64,000 nucleotides of DNA from an uncultured virus (IMG/VR IMGVR_UViG_3300037657_000059) (lineage: Duplodnaviria; Heunggongvirae; Uroviricota; Caudoviricetes), in IMG/VR virus record IMGVR_UViG_3300037657_000059; one strand, given 5' to 3'. The position numbers were made by a program, and so were the translations under genes. Positions 54,596-64,000 of the stretch are shown piece after piece. Every line of letters begins with the position of its first letter. The stretch's first letter is position 1. The notes under the pieces were generated by a model. The model worked only from the letters and a program-made list of their open reading frames with translations. It did no database searches and was not told the DNA's origin.

Positions 54596-55198
54596 TCAGC
54601 TCACCCACTTCAGATCGTCAGCCAGTAAGGACCGTACACCCATCGGCAATATACTGGCATTGCCACCAGGTGCGGTATATACCGCCTCGCGATTCTCATA
54701 GTAATGGCCAATCATCAACAGCATTGCCTGGCGATAACGCATTGGCATTTCTTCCGATCCTGTGCATCCATCCATGTTGTAACCGGCAGTTAATGTGATC
54801 TGCACGCCATTCACCGGCCACAATTCCACACCAGGCCAGCTCGCATTTTTCGCCAGTACGATTCTTGCAGGTCGTGAGAAAGTATCCAGCAAATAATCAT
54901 CTTCATCAATCGGAGTGCTGGTGCCTTCCTCATCCAGATAGCTGATTCCATCCACCATGACCACCGGCCAGATCGGGAGTTTGATCTCTCGCCCCGGCCA
55001 GCGGTCGTAAGTTAGAATCCAGCTCTGTTCTGCCAGGCATAACCCGGTCAGGCGCTCGATCTCCTGGCGTGCCAGCGTGATAAGATTGCTGATGAGGGTA
55101 TTCTCGTCATCATGGTCAATCCTTAAATGCAGCTTTGCCTCTGCCAGGTCGATCGGTTCATCTTCCGGATTAACCGGATGTAGTATCCTCAGCGCCAT
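54596..55198 (-). CDS. Head-tail connector protein
   Basis: EAKLHLRID..LLMIGHYYENRE. Confidence 0.88.
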   Translation of the reverse strand: MALRILHPVNPEDEPIDLAEAKLHLRIDHDDENTLISNLITLARQEIERLTGLCLAEQSWILTYDRWPGREIKLPIWPVVMVDGISYLDEEGTSTPIDEDDYLLDTFSRPARIVLAKNASWPGVELWPVNGVQITLTAGYNMDGCTGSEEMPMRYRQAMLLMIGHYYENREAVYTAPGGNASILPMGVRSLLADDLKWVS

Positions 55199-55478
55199 CT
55201 TTTACCGCCTTCCCGGTACCTTTCTTCCCACCAGGTTTCTTTTCAGCTGGTTGCTTCACGGCTTTTTCAGGTGTTTCAATCACAGCCGTCTCAGCTGGTT
55301 GCTTCACGGCTTTTTCGGGTGCGACAATCGCAGCCGATTCTGGTGCACTTTTTCCAGCTGGTTTGGCTTTACCCATCGTCAGCAGGACCAGCGCATCCTG
55401 ATCACTGGCTTCAATCACTTCCCCGGCTGCCACCATCACGCCATCACACACAGTAGAGCGCAAGATCTCGATTTTCAT
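55170..55478 (-). CDS. Small head-associated protein with duplicated PEKAVKQPAE
   Basis: GEVIE..DA..L..GKA motif; internal tandem duplication. Confidence 0.55.
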   Translation of the reverse strand: MKIEILRSTVCDGVMVAAGEVIEASDQDALVLLTMGKAKPAGKSAPESAAIVAPEKAVKQPAETAVIETPEKAVKQPAEKKPGGKKGTGKAVKDGAEDTTSG

Positions 55479-55482
55479 CAGA

Positions 55483-55929
55483 TTACCCCGCCACAACTTC
55501 CACAGGAGAAACCAGACTCACTAATGTAGCATCGCCTGCATCAGCAGGTTTGTATTGCGAGTTATAGCGGATCGCCACACAGAAAATCGGAATGCCTGTC
55601 TGCACATTCGGGACCACAATCTTGGGTCTCAAGTAACGCTGTTGTGGGTTATGAACCTGCACAGCCACCACACCATCGGTGTACACATCGGCTTCAAAAT
55701 CAGTGTCAGAACCATCCAGCTCGATTTCATTGGCAAATGTTGGACCGGCAGCAGCAAAAACCTTGATATTGAATTCCAGCTCTGCTCCCTTCACACCACC
55801 GGCAGCGAATAGTACTGTATTGAAACTGCCATCCAGCATATCTACACCGGAACCGGTCAATGTTTCGTTATCGGCAGCTCCATCCAACGCCTGAATGCTG
55901 ATAACCCCATCTCTCAAAAGATCATACAT
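55483..55929 (-). CDS. Probable head decoration/cement protein
   Basis: Follows the capsid gene; GSGVD..RYLR motif. Confidence 0.5.
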   Translation of the reverse strand: MYDLLRDGVISIQALDGAADNETLTGSGVDMLDGSFNTVLFAAGGVKGAELEFNIKVFAAAGPTFANEIELDGSDTDFEADVYTDGVVAVQVHNPQQRYLRPKIVVPNVQTGIPIFCVAIRYNSQYKPADAGDATLVSLVSPVEVVAG

Positions 55930-56004
55930 CTTTCACCTCTTTTTCCATCCTTTTCATACGGGCGGGGCTTATCCCCGCCCATCAACAATCAATTGACTTT
56001 CCGA

Positions 56005-57300
56005 TTAAGTTAAAGCATCCAGCATCGCTGCAAAGCTCTCAGCATGCCGAACGGCAACATCAACATCCTGCAATGCAACCACGCGCACAGATCCACTGGT
56101 GGAATGGGTGTAAGGATCCACAAGGATATCCAGACCGCCCCATTGCCCGATGATCAGATCTGCCCAGTTCCCAAAGAAGATCGCTGAACAAACTGCGCCC
56201 GAGCTGTTCTTAACCAGATCGCTGGCAACCTGATTGGTAACAAAAGCCTTATACCCGTTCAATGGGGTATTGCTGTTCTCCCAAACCATTCTTTCACCAT
56301 AGGTCGCGGTGATCAATGTTTTCTTGAGTTTTCCGCGCACTTTTGCATTGGTGATGTAAGCCAACGCACCAACATCAGCATTATCAATGGCAACCTCACG
56401 TTCGAGATCGATAATATCTGCCCAATCCGGAGCTGCGCCATTGGTATCACCAAGGACTGACCCGATTCCAACGGTCGCGGCAACGCCACGTGGTTGGTTG
56501 TTATTGGCGGTCCCGTGCAATCCGGCTTTATCAATTGCCAGAGCAAGGATGGTGCTCAGATCACGCCGTACAAACATTTCAACATCCACGGAGGATTGTT
56601 TGAGCAGTTTGCGGGTGTAATCGGTAAAAGCACCAACAGTCTTGGGTGCCAAAGTCACCTGGCCAACAGTCTGATAACTCTGGGTCGGAGGATTTCCCTC
56701 AGCGATCCAGTAAGCAGTTGCTCCGCCTGTTTGCTTTGGAATCTGCACATCACCAACCAGCCCGCCCATAAATTGAGCACCGGCTTGCTGTAAAACCATG
56801 CGATTGCGCAGCATTTCGATGAAGGATTCTGGTCGGAAATCATTACCGATCAAATATCCTGCATAAGTGGCATCTGCTTTGGTTAATGGATTGGTACGTT
56901 TTTCCAGCCAGTCCTGAGGAACAAAAGCTCCACGAGGTTCAATACCCAATTTCTTGGATGTTGCATCACTGGCTTCGCGTTCCAATTCAGCACCACGCCA
57001 ATCACCATTGGCCATCGCATTGATCAATTTGCGCAGTGAATATTTTTGTAATTCACTATCGCTCATGCCAATATCGGCATTCTTTCCGGAATTGGCTGCC
57101 AGCTCTGCTTCCAGATTTATCAGCTTTTCACGTTTCTCGATATCCTTACCCAGTGAGTCAATCTGCTCCATGAATGATTGATAATCTTTCGATTCCCCTT
57201 CATTCATTGCGCGTTTTTGCTCATCGACAATGTCAACCAGGTGTCGAGCTTTTTCCACCAGTTCAGCCCGTTCGGCTCGTATTTCACGAATTTGTTTCAT
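56005..57300 (-). CDS. Major capsid protein, HK97 family (with delta domain)
   Basis: IPKQTGG..W-x-AEG, FFGNW, DPYT, VRHAESF. Confidence 0.93.
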   Translation of the reverse strand: MKQIREIRAERAELVEKARHLVDIVDEQKRAMNEGESKDYQSFMEQIDSLGKDIEKREKLINLEAELAANSGKNADIGMSDSELQKYSLRKLINAMANGDWRGAELEREASDATSKKLGIEPRGAFVPQDWLEKRTNPLTKADATYAGYLIGNDFRPESFIEMLRNRMVLQQAGAQFMGGLVGDVQIPKQTGGATAYWIAEGNPPTQSYQTVGQVTLAPKTVGAFTDYTRKLLKQSSVDVEMFVRRDLSTILALAIDKAGLHGTANNNQPRGVAATVGIGSVLGDTNGAAPDWADIIDLEREVAIDNADVGALAYITNAKVRGKLKKTLITATYGERMVWENSNTPLNGYKAFVTNQVASDLVKNSSGAVCSAIFFGNWADLIIGQWGGLDILVDPYTHSTSGSVRVVALQDVDVAVRHAESFAAMLDALT

Positions 57301-57323
57301 TTTCTTTTCCTCTTTCTATTTGG

Positions 57324-57983
57324 TTAGTTTTTAGTTAGTTCTTTTAACAAATCCAGGCGTTTCTTTTCCAGATCCAGTTTGCGAGATCGCTCCTGCGATT
57401 CTCCCTCCGTCTCCGATTCCTGCCCGCTATCAACTTCCTCCTGGCCTGAAGATAGCTCTGCCTGGTGAGCATTCAATAAATCCCTGGCGTGCACCACTGT
57501 TTGTGGGTACGCTGGATAAGTAACAATCGAAACATCATACAATTCAACTTCAATCAGTTCCCGGATCACTTCATCATTTTCTTTGTGCCAATCATCGCTG
57601 ATGGTCCGGAAACCAAAACTCATCTGATCGATATCTCCACGCTTAATACTTTCAACCAGATCCTTCGCCCATTGTGCGTTTGGAGGAGTGGTATCAATAA
57701 TCAAGCCGTGTTCATCCTCAGCCAGTTTCAATGTCCCGGAAACATTTCGCCCCAGCACATAATTGGCATCATGGTTAAAAAGTGCGCGCACATCATCCAC
57801 CCGAATCGTATTGGCAAATGCACCGGGACGAATACGCTCACGGAATCCACCCAGATCATGACTGAGCTGGTTGAATACCGCTGAATATCCATAAATCTTG
57901 GGTCCCGATTCCGGATCACCCTCCGAATCAGCCATCACCCGAATTTCTTTTAAAGTAAACGCCCTTCTCTCCAATTCCATCAT
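57324..57983 (-). CDS. HK97-family prohead protease
   Basis: ALFNHD, MSFGF, DVSIVTYPAY. Confidence 0.93.
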   Translation of the reverse strand: MMELERRAFTLKEIRVMADSEGDPESGPKIYGYSAVFNQLSHDLGGFRERIRPGAFANTIRVDDVRALFNHDANYVLGRNVSGTLKLAEDEHGLIIDTTPPNAQWAKDLVESIKRGDIDQMSFGFRTISDDWHKENDEVIRELIEVELYDVSIVTYPAYPQTVVHARDLLNAHQAELSSGQEEVDSGQESETEGESQERSRKLDLEKKRLDLLKELTKN

Positions 57984-58050
57984 CTTTTTCCTTTCTTTGC
58001 GCCTTATCACCCACTCGGGGGTTGCGCCTTTTTCTTTGCGTCTTTGCGTC

Positions 58051-60102
58051 CTAGCCTGCTGAAATCAAACAATCACAGCCACTATGCGCCGGTGGATGCC
58101 TCACATTCTGATAAACTTTCAACTCATCCGCACCTTCCGGTCGCAGAACATCCCCGACCTGTAAAAACCATTCCTGCATGCCAACCTTGCGGCCATCCAA
58201 TGATTTGCAATACGGGCAGCTTTCCCCGTAAGAATTCCAATACAGCGCGGCTACACCGGCAGCAGCATACACAAACACGGAAACAGCACCATTCAAACGC
58301 ACCGATTCCTCCTGGCCAAATGTCCCGGCCAACCTGTCCCAACCGCTCAGGTCGTTTTCCAATGTCTCATAAGTATCTGCTCCGGAGGAGAGCGCTTTCG
58401 CCAATAAATTATTCACACGGGTTTTCTGATCAAAAGCATGCCGATCAGCCAATGCTTCCAGATAGCGTTTCACAAATCGGCGTACCTGTTCAATATCCAG
58501 ATCACCCAGCAGCACTTCATCAGCTGCCTCTGCAGCCACCAGCTCCGCATAAGCGGTCATGGTCCCGCGCAAAGCACCCTGAATAAAATCTTTGTGCTCT
58601 TCGTAATATTCATCCAGCCAGATCTGCAATTCCTGCAGACTGCGTTTCCCCAGGATCTTCTTGGCAGTGGTAAGGATGTCACGCGCTTCCCGCTTCACGA
58701 TTCGCTCAGCCACTTCACTGATCACCGGTCGTTGACTCAACATCAAGCGCCGCCTGGTCCCGGCTGAGCGTGCCCGTTTTTCTCCAGGAGAATTGTTTTC
58801 TCTTTCAATCGGAGGAGCACTCAGAAATTGAATATCATCCACATTAAAGCGTTTTTCCAGATCCTTCATGCTGATATTGCTGCGAAAATCTTCCGCTTTA
58901 TCCGCTGGAATCATATTCAGCGGTACATAATGGGTATCACCGCCATCAATCGGGTTCAGGTTCTCTTTCTCCCGGATTTCATTCCACGTAAGCCATCCAT
59001 CCTGCCAGGCCTGATGATATGCCTGATATCGGCTTTGGGTATCACCACGCAGCATTGCATCCACGTTGAATTCGGCAAAATGTGTCTTTTTTTCCGTTTC
59101 TGTAAATAAACAGCGCAATAATTCCTGCTCCCAGCGAACCAGCCACGGTCGCAGGGTATAAATCACAAATTCAAGACTCATCTGCTCGATATTTGAGAAG
59201 GTAGCCCGTTCCAGATCAGCCAGGCGATGCGGAGGAATTAAGAAGATCCTCGCAATCTCACTCACCTGAAACTTTCTGGTCTGTAAGAACTGTGCATCTT
59301 CCGGAGGGATCCCGATCTGGTTATATTTCATGCCCTCTTCCAGAATCGCCACCCGGTGTGAATTATCCAGCCCCTGGTGCATCTCGTTCCAGCTGGATTT
59401 CAAGCGGGTATGTGCATCATCACTCAAAGAACCGGGATGTTCGAGCACACCGCCAGCCTTGGCACCATTTCCAAAAAAGCGCGAACCAAATTCCTCGGTA
59501 GCAGCTGCCAACCCAAGTGCATTTCGTGCCTCACGGATCGGAGAATAACCGAGCATGCCATCCGAGCTCAATCCGCGGATGTGTAAAACACGTTCAGCGG
59601 GTAAACCAACCCGTCCGCCGCCCTGGCTCTCCGGAAGTGTGGTCACATAGTAGAGTTTTCCATCCACCCAGCGCATTTCTGTCTGATCCGGTCGCAATGG
59701 CCAGAGTGCCTTGATTCTGCCAGCATTATCACTTTCAATCTCTGAGAAACAATTTCCCCAGGTGCAGCAATGCCCCATCATGGTTTCACGCCACATAAAA
59801 CTGGTCATCAATGGATTCGCCTGGTCATGCAGAACCCGGTACAGAGGATGATTGACGTCACGTTCCTTCCCGCGTGAGAGACGTTTATAAATTGGCAGTG
59901 GTAAACTGGCCAGTCCTTCTGAAAGGATCCGAACGGATGCCCAAACAGCAGTCAATTGGATCGATCGCTGCGGAGATACACTTAACCCGCTGGGTGTTTC
60001 CCAATTATTCATCCCGCGCATCTTCGTGATCAATCCCCAACCGGAATTCTCGTCCAGTGACCTTCTTTCGAATAAGCTCCGTAAAATACCGACTTCGCTC
60101 AT
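58051..60102 (-). CDS. HK97 portal fused to a Mu gpF/SPP1 gp7-like domain
   Basis: DAQFLQTR, FSNIEQ, NEIREKEN; C-terminal CPYC..HPPAHSGCDC. Confidence 0.88.
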   Translation of the reverse strand: MSEVGILRSLFERRSLDENSGWGLITKMRGMNNWETPSGLSVSPQRSIQLTAVWASVRILSEGLASLPLPIYKRLSRGKERDVNHPLYRVLHDQANPLMTSFMWRETMMGHCCTWGNCFSEIESDNAGRIKALWPLRPDQTEMRWVDGKLYYVTTLPESQGGGRVGLPAERVLHIRGLSSDGMLGYSPIREARNALGLAAATEEFGSRFFGNGAKAGGVLEHPGSLSDDAHTRLKSSWNEMHQGLDNSHRVAILEEGMKYNQIGIPPEDAQFLQTRKFQVSEIARIFLIPPHRLADLERATFSNIEQMSLEFVIYTLRPWLVRWEQELLRCLFTETEKKTHFAEFNVDAMLRGDTQSRYQAYHQAWQDGWLTWNEIREKENLNPIDGGDTHYVPLNMIPADKAEDFRSNISMKDLEKRFNVDDIQFLSAPPIERENNSPGEKRARSAGTRRRLMLSQRPVISEVAERIVKREARDILTTAKKILGKRSLQELQIWLDEYYEEHKDFIQGALRGTMTAYAELVAAEAADEVLLGDLDIEQVRRFVKRYLEALADRHAFDQKTRVNNLLAKALSSGADTYETLENDLSGWDRLAGTFGQEESVRLNGAVSVFVYAAAGVAALYWNSYGESCPYCKSLDGRKVGMQEWFLQVGDVLRPEGADELKVYQNVRHPPAHSGCDCLISAG

Positions 60103-60257
60103 ATTTTTCTACCTCCAAACAACAGCCCGGCGAGACTCACCAGCACAAGCACGATTCCAGCCGAAATCAAAGCGGCAGGAATGCTCAACATTCCGATGCC
60201 GGAAATCAAACATCCAAAACCAATCAGGAAAATGACATCATTGCGATCAATTTTCAT
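60099..60257 (-). CDS. Small two-TM protein upstream of the portal gene (not in ORF track)
   Basis: MKIDRNDVIFLIGFGCLISGIGMLSIPAALISAGIVLVLVSLAGLLFGGRKI; ATGA overlaps on both sides. Confidence 0.65.
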   Translation of the reverse strand: MKIDRNDVIFLIGFGCLISGIGMLSIPAALISAGIVLVLVSLAGLLFGGRKI

Positions 60258-61891
60258 AATGTCCTGATCCCCCGTTCGTTATAAACAGATCCGGAACTGG
60301 AATAATTCAACGCCCGGCTCATCGCATTCGCCAATGCCACAATCGGGTCGATCCGTTTGGTTCGCACAACGGACTTTCCCTTGTGTTCTTTCACAAATTT
60401 CATGTTTCCATTACCGTTTTTCGCAATGGATGCATTCCCAAACGCCCAACGCGCAACCTGGTCATTTAAATGACTGATTTTGCCATCCCGGAAGAGCTTT
60501 TCCATCGCATCAATCGGGGTGGTCATATTTAGAAATGTTTGTGGAATATCAACAATCTCAAATCCATGTTTTGACAGTCTTTGCATCAACATGGCTGCAA
60601 AATGCATATCCGGATCGATCTCTTTTATTTTGTAAATTTTCGATAATTCCAAAATCTTGTCCTCTACCACCGTATAATCGACCGTGTTCCCTTCGGTCAC
60701 AGTGATCCAGCCTTCCTTCTCCCACTTGTCATAAGGCACTTTGTCCCGCTCGATCCGTTCGGCCATGCTTTCCCTGGGAATATAGTTCCGCCAGATAATT
60801 CGCCAATCTGCAATGCCTGCCTGGGGAGGAAACAAAAACGATAAAGAAGTAAGATCGGTTGTGGAAGAGAGATCGACCCCCAGGAAACAATCCATTCCCA
60901 CCATATCCATCTCATTCCATTGGCCAATGGTCTTATCAAAAAGATCAATCGGCAACCAGGTCGTCAATTTGGTCGTGATCCACTGATTCAGTCTCAGCCA
61001 GCGGAATAATCGCTCATCTGCGGGCTTAATCATTGCTTTTGCAGCCGCTTCCCGAACTGATTCGATCTGGATTGTCACCCCAAGGGATGGATTAGCCTTA
61101 AACCAATTTTTTTCTTCATAAATATCTTTTTCTCCATCGTAGGAGAAAATCACAGGATACCAGGTAGGATCAATCCGATCTCCGGATAATAACTGCATGG
61201 CATAATCATGCTGCTCCCAACCAATCGAAACACGATCCGGATCATCACCGGCAGTGGTAATCACCCACCAGATCGGTTGCGCGCGCGCATCACCAGCCCC
61301 AAAAGTCATCACGTCCCACAATTCGCGATTCGGCTGGGCGTGTAATTCATCAAAAATAACGGCAGAAACATTCAAACCATGTTTGGTATATGCCTCAGCT
61401 GAAAGTACCTTATAAAATGAACCGGTAACCTTATCGAAAATCTGTTTTTTACTGGCTACAATTTTGGAACGTTTTTGCAAAGCTGGCAGCTGGTCGATCA
61501 TATCCACCGCTACATCAAAAACAAGAGATGCCTGCTCCCGATCAGCCGCGCATCCGTACACCTCGCCATTTTTCTCACCATCTGCAAACAAATGATAAAG
61601 AGCAGCACCGGCTGCCATTTCGCTTTTTCCGTTCTTCTTAGGCACTTCCAGATAAACATACTTAAATTGACGGTTACCGTCCGCTTTCACCGTCCCATAC
61701 ACATCCTGGACAATACTTTTTTGCCAGGATAACAGTTCAAAAGGCTTTCCGGAAAATTTGCCTTTGGTGTGTTTGAGGTGCTCAAAAAACCAGACAGCAC
61801 GGTCAGCGCGTTTTTGGTCAAACATTGCCGCAGCTCCTGCCAGGTTGATCACCAAAACGAAAATCAAAATGGAAAAAATAAATCTTTTCAT
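60254..61891 (-). CDS. terL: Terminase large subunit (P2) with signal-peptide-like extension
   Basis: Collinear homologue of 20249-21886. Confidence 0.95.
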   Translation of the reverse strand: MKRFIFSILIFVLVINLAGAAAMFDQKRADRAVWFFEHLKHTKGKFSGKPFELLSWQKSIVQDVYGTVKADGNRQFKYVYLEVPKKNGKSEMAAGAALYHLFADGEKNGEVYGCAADREQASLVFDVAVDMIDQLPALQKRSKIVASKKQIFDKVTGSFYKVLSAEAYTKHGLNVSAVIFDELHAQPNRELWDVMTFGAGDARAQPIWWVITTAGDDPDRVSIGWEQHDYAMQLLSGDRIDPTWYPVIFSYDGEKDIYEEKNWFKANPSLGVTIQIESVREAAAKAMIKPADERLFRWLRLNQWITTKLTTWLPIDLFDKTIGQWNEMDMVGMDCFLGVDLSSTTDLTSLSFLFPPQAGIADWRIIWRNYIPRESMAERIERDKVPYDKWEKEGWITVTEGNTVDYTVVEDKILELSKIYKIKEIDPDMHFAAMLMQRLSKHGFEIVDIPQTFLNMTTPIDAMEKLFRDGKISHLNDQVARWAFGNASIAKNGNGNMKFVKEHKGKSVVRTKRIDPIVALANAMSRALNYSSSGSVYNERGIRTL

Positions 61892-62499
61892 TTTTTATCA
61901 TGCCCACCGGGTACATCTTTTCCATCGTTTACATAATCTGTGACCTGATCGAAGAATTCACCCCACGGATCAGTCTTTTTATCTTCCGGCTCTTTTTGTT
62001 TTGGAGCGACTCCAGCTCGTGATCGCGGCGTGAGATACAAATGCTGTCGCATCTTGAACATAAGATCTCGTTTGCGGTCCACTCTGCCATCCAGCTTTAT
62101 AATCTGATCCATCGAGCCTTGAATCTTTTCCACCATCATCACGGCTTCAACAACATTTCCCTCATCAATAAACTTGCTGTGCGCTTCAATCAGCAGCTGG
62201 TATATCCTGCGTGTGTTGGAGCGCATATCATCCAGCTCACTTACCTGCTCAGCCAGCACACAATAATCAACCAGCAGGTCAAGATCAAAGCGGGTCACAA
62301 TCTCGCCCTCTGTGGAGCGATACTCGCGCATGACTCTGCGCCAGGTTTCCGCTGCAGTCTTCATCTCCCGGATCGCAGCTGGGGCATTGGTCGGCAATTG
62401 TCGCGCTGGTCTTAGCATAGACTCAGATTCCTCGCGTGCCTGGCTCTCGGCCGCCGTATTATGTCTCACAATCAGGGCTTTTGGTTTCCTAGCGGGCAT
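61888..62499 (-). CDS. terS: Terminase small subunit (P2)
   Basis: Homologue of 21883-22473. Confidence 0.85.
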   Translation of the reverse strand: MPARKPKALIVRHNTAAESQAREESESMLRPARQLPTNAPAAIREMKTAAETWRRVMREYRSTEGEIVTRFDLDLLVDYCVLAEQVSELDDMRSNTRRIYQLLIEAHSKFIDEGNVVEAVMMVEKIQGSMDQIIKLDGRVDRKRDLMFKMRQHLYLTPRSRAGVAPKQKEPEDKKTDPWGEFFDQVTDYVNDGKDVPGGHDKK

Positions 62500-62971
62500 T
62501 ATCGGGATTCTCCACATTGGGAAATTTTTTCGTACAGCACTTCCGCTGCGGTCTCGTGTGCGAACCTGGTAGAGATTTCGACCCCCCTATCCCCCCGGCC
62601 GTGGATGACCTACCGAATCCTGAATCAATAGCCGCGGTCTTTCGACTGTGACAACTCTTGCACAATGGCTGCAGATTATCCATCCGGTTGGTACCACCCT
62701 CGCTCAGTGGGACTATGTGGTCCACCTCCGTGGCTACAACTACCTCCCCAATCTCAGCGTGCACCCCCCATATATCAGAACATAGGGGTACTCTTGACAG
62801 CACCAACCCCCTCAGCTTACGCCAATTGGAACCATACCCCCTACTTGCAGCACTACCCCGCCTCAGATCATACCCCCTACTCTCAGACTTATGGGTACCA
62901 CAATATGCCCCATCGCTTACCAGCTCGGGGCATCCAGGGTACTTGCAGGGTTTCTTTGGTTTATTCGGCAT
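62489..62971 (-). CDS. Packaging-associated HNH endonuclease (P2)
   Basis: VDHIVPL..GGTN..NLQPLCKSCHS. Confidence 0.88.
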   Translation of the reverse strand: MPNKPKKPCKYPGCPELVSDGAYCGTHKSESRGYDLRRGSAASRGYGSNWRKLRGLVLSRVPLCSDIWGVHAEIGEVVVATEVDHIVPLSEGGTNRMDNLQPLCKSCHSRKTAAIDSGFGRSSTAGGIGGSKSLPGSHTRPQRKCCTKKFPNVENPDNAR

Positions 62972-63167
62972 ACTCATCCTGTGGATATTTATCCTGTTGA
63001 TACTTATCCTGTGGAACTTCCAAATCTTTCATTTCTTTTTCCAGTTCAGTGATCCGATCCCGGTAGTACTGCAATCCTCGATCATTCAGTTCATGATCAT
63101 CTTCGAGGATTGCCAGCATTAACCTGGCATAATCCAGCTCGATCTCCAGATCCAGCTTATTCGGCAT
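62961..63167 (-). CDS. Small coiled-coil protein
   Basis: Homologue of 25490-25651; C-terminal 5-aa repeats. Confidence 0.65.
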   Translation of the reverse strand: MPNKLDLEIELDYARLMLAILEDDHELNDRGLQYYRDRITELEKEMKDLEVPQDKYQQDKYPQDEYAE

Positions 63168-63168
63168 A

Positions 63169-63606
63169 CTAATCCTGCGGATCTTCCTTTTTCTTTCGCA
63201 GGATCTCCACCCCATCTTTCCACTTGCTGATCTCAACGATTGATTTCTCGGTAAAGATATGATGGTGATTGATCCTTTCCAATACCAGATCGGTCTTACT
63301 GGATACCAGCTGGATCGATTGGTTTAAAAGGGAAATGGATTTCTGTTGATCTTCCTGCAATCCCTTGATAAATCGGTTCGTGTGGGTTATTAACTCTCGC
63401 TGGAAATTATCCCGCTTCTCACCTTGCGCTTCATTCCACACACGCTGCTTCTCAGATTCTGCAGCCTGGAATATACGTTCTTTCTCCCTTGTTTCTTCCC
63501 GGACCTTTGCCAGCGCATCCTCCCGCCTGAGCAGGAAGATCACAACAACAAAAATTAAAACAGCCATTGGCCATTGATTTGCAATGCTTGCCAGAATGGT
63601 TTCCAT
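63169..63606 (-). CDS. Single-TM holin-like protein
   Basis: Homologue of 25641-26090. Confidence 0.55.
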   Translation of the reverse strand: METILASIANQWPMAVLIFVVVIFLLRREDALAKVREETREKERIFQAAESEKQRVWNEAQGEKRDNFQRELITHTNRFIKGLQEDQQKSISLLNQSIQLVSSKTDLVLERINHHHIFTEKSIVEISKWKDGVEILRKKKEDPQD

Positions 63607-63986
63607 CAATTCTCTCCCCCGATTCCTGTGAATGTCTTATTCACCGCTCTTGTAACCAACTGGGTGATCAAACCCTTGATCAGATCATATAATCCGGAGG
63701 CAACCAGACCAATCGCCAGACCATAAACACCAACGCCAAACCAGTACACAAATAGCACATACCAATCCAGGGATAGAGGCGGCCGCTCTGACATGACCAT
63801 AAAGCCACTGCCAAAGAACAGCCCCAAAACCAATGAGAGCACCAGCAACCCGTTCCCCGTGATCAGCTGGCTACCGTCCTTTTTAGTGAGGCGTTTCGCC
63901 CACTCCACCAGACCAAAAACAACAAACAATAATGGCACACCTTTGACCGCTGCCTGTAAAAATGACGTGAAGTCCATTCCTTCCAT
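63606..63986 (-). CDS. Holin (three TM)
   Basis: Homologue of 26090-26473. Confidence 0.7.
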   Translation of the reverse strand: MEGMDFTSFLQAAVKGVPLLFVVFGLVEWAKRLTKKDGSQLITGNGLLVLSLVLGLFFGSGFMVMSERPPLSLDWYVLFVYWFGVGVYGLAIGLVASGLYDLIKGLITQLVTRAVNKTFTGIGGEN

Positions 63987-64000
63987 TCCCAGCTCCTTCC

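Larger units (their letters stand above)
39328..64000. mobile_element. Prophage 2 (continues beyond the window)
   Basis: att, int, tail, head, packaging and holin genes in the same order as P1. Confidence 0.93.

Noticed and set aside
7157..58052. CRISPR array
   Set aside because: The repeats are short tandem units without spacers, and no cas genes were seen.
847..63577. Numerous antisense and out-of-frame ORFs in the track (e.g. 3991-4602, 8756-9460, 58044-58586)
   Set aside because: They overlap well-supported genes on the other strand or frame and lack recognisable motifs.

Overview
The window holds two related temperate, siphovirus-like prophages integrated in tandem at the 3' half of a tRNA-Pro(CGG) gene. 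The end of a probable IS1202/ISNCY-type element lies just before the tRNA. Prophage 1 (P1, 213-39372, about 39.1 kb) looks complete and is bounded by a perfect 45-bp att repeat. Prophage 2 (P2) starts at the second att copy (39328) and runs past the window end; its integrase, tail, head, packaging and holin genes are visible. The two share closely similar integrase, terminase and holin genes but carry non-homologous head/tail modules and different membrane glycosyltransferases next to the integrase. The most unusual signals are: (i) a conserved signal-peptide-like N-terminal extension with a second internal start on both large terminases; (ii) a late promoter followed by a twin-hairpin/terminator leader with a small candidate antiterminator gene beside it; (iii) Maf/DUF115-like and GT-B glycosyltransferases inside the virion operons, plus GT-C genes beside int; (iv) a second tyrosine recombinase with its own lox/dif-like site; (v) a probable structured RNA upstream of parB; (vi) a recurrent covarying mini-hairpin element. 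The host may be a Chloroflexota/Anaerolineae-like bacterium (weak inference from SOS-box form and general style). All product calls come from motif recognition by eye; no database searches were run.
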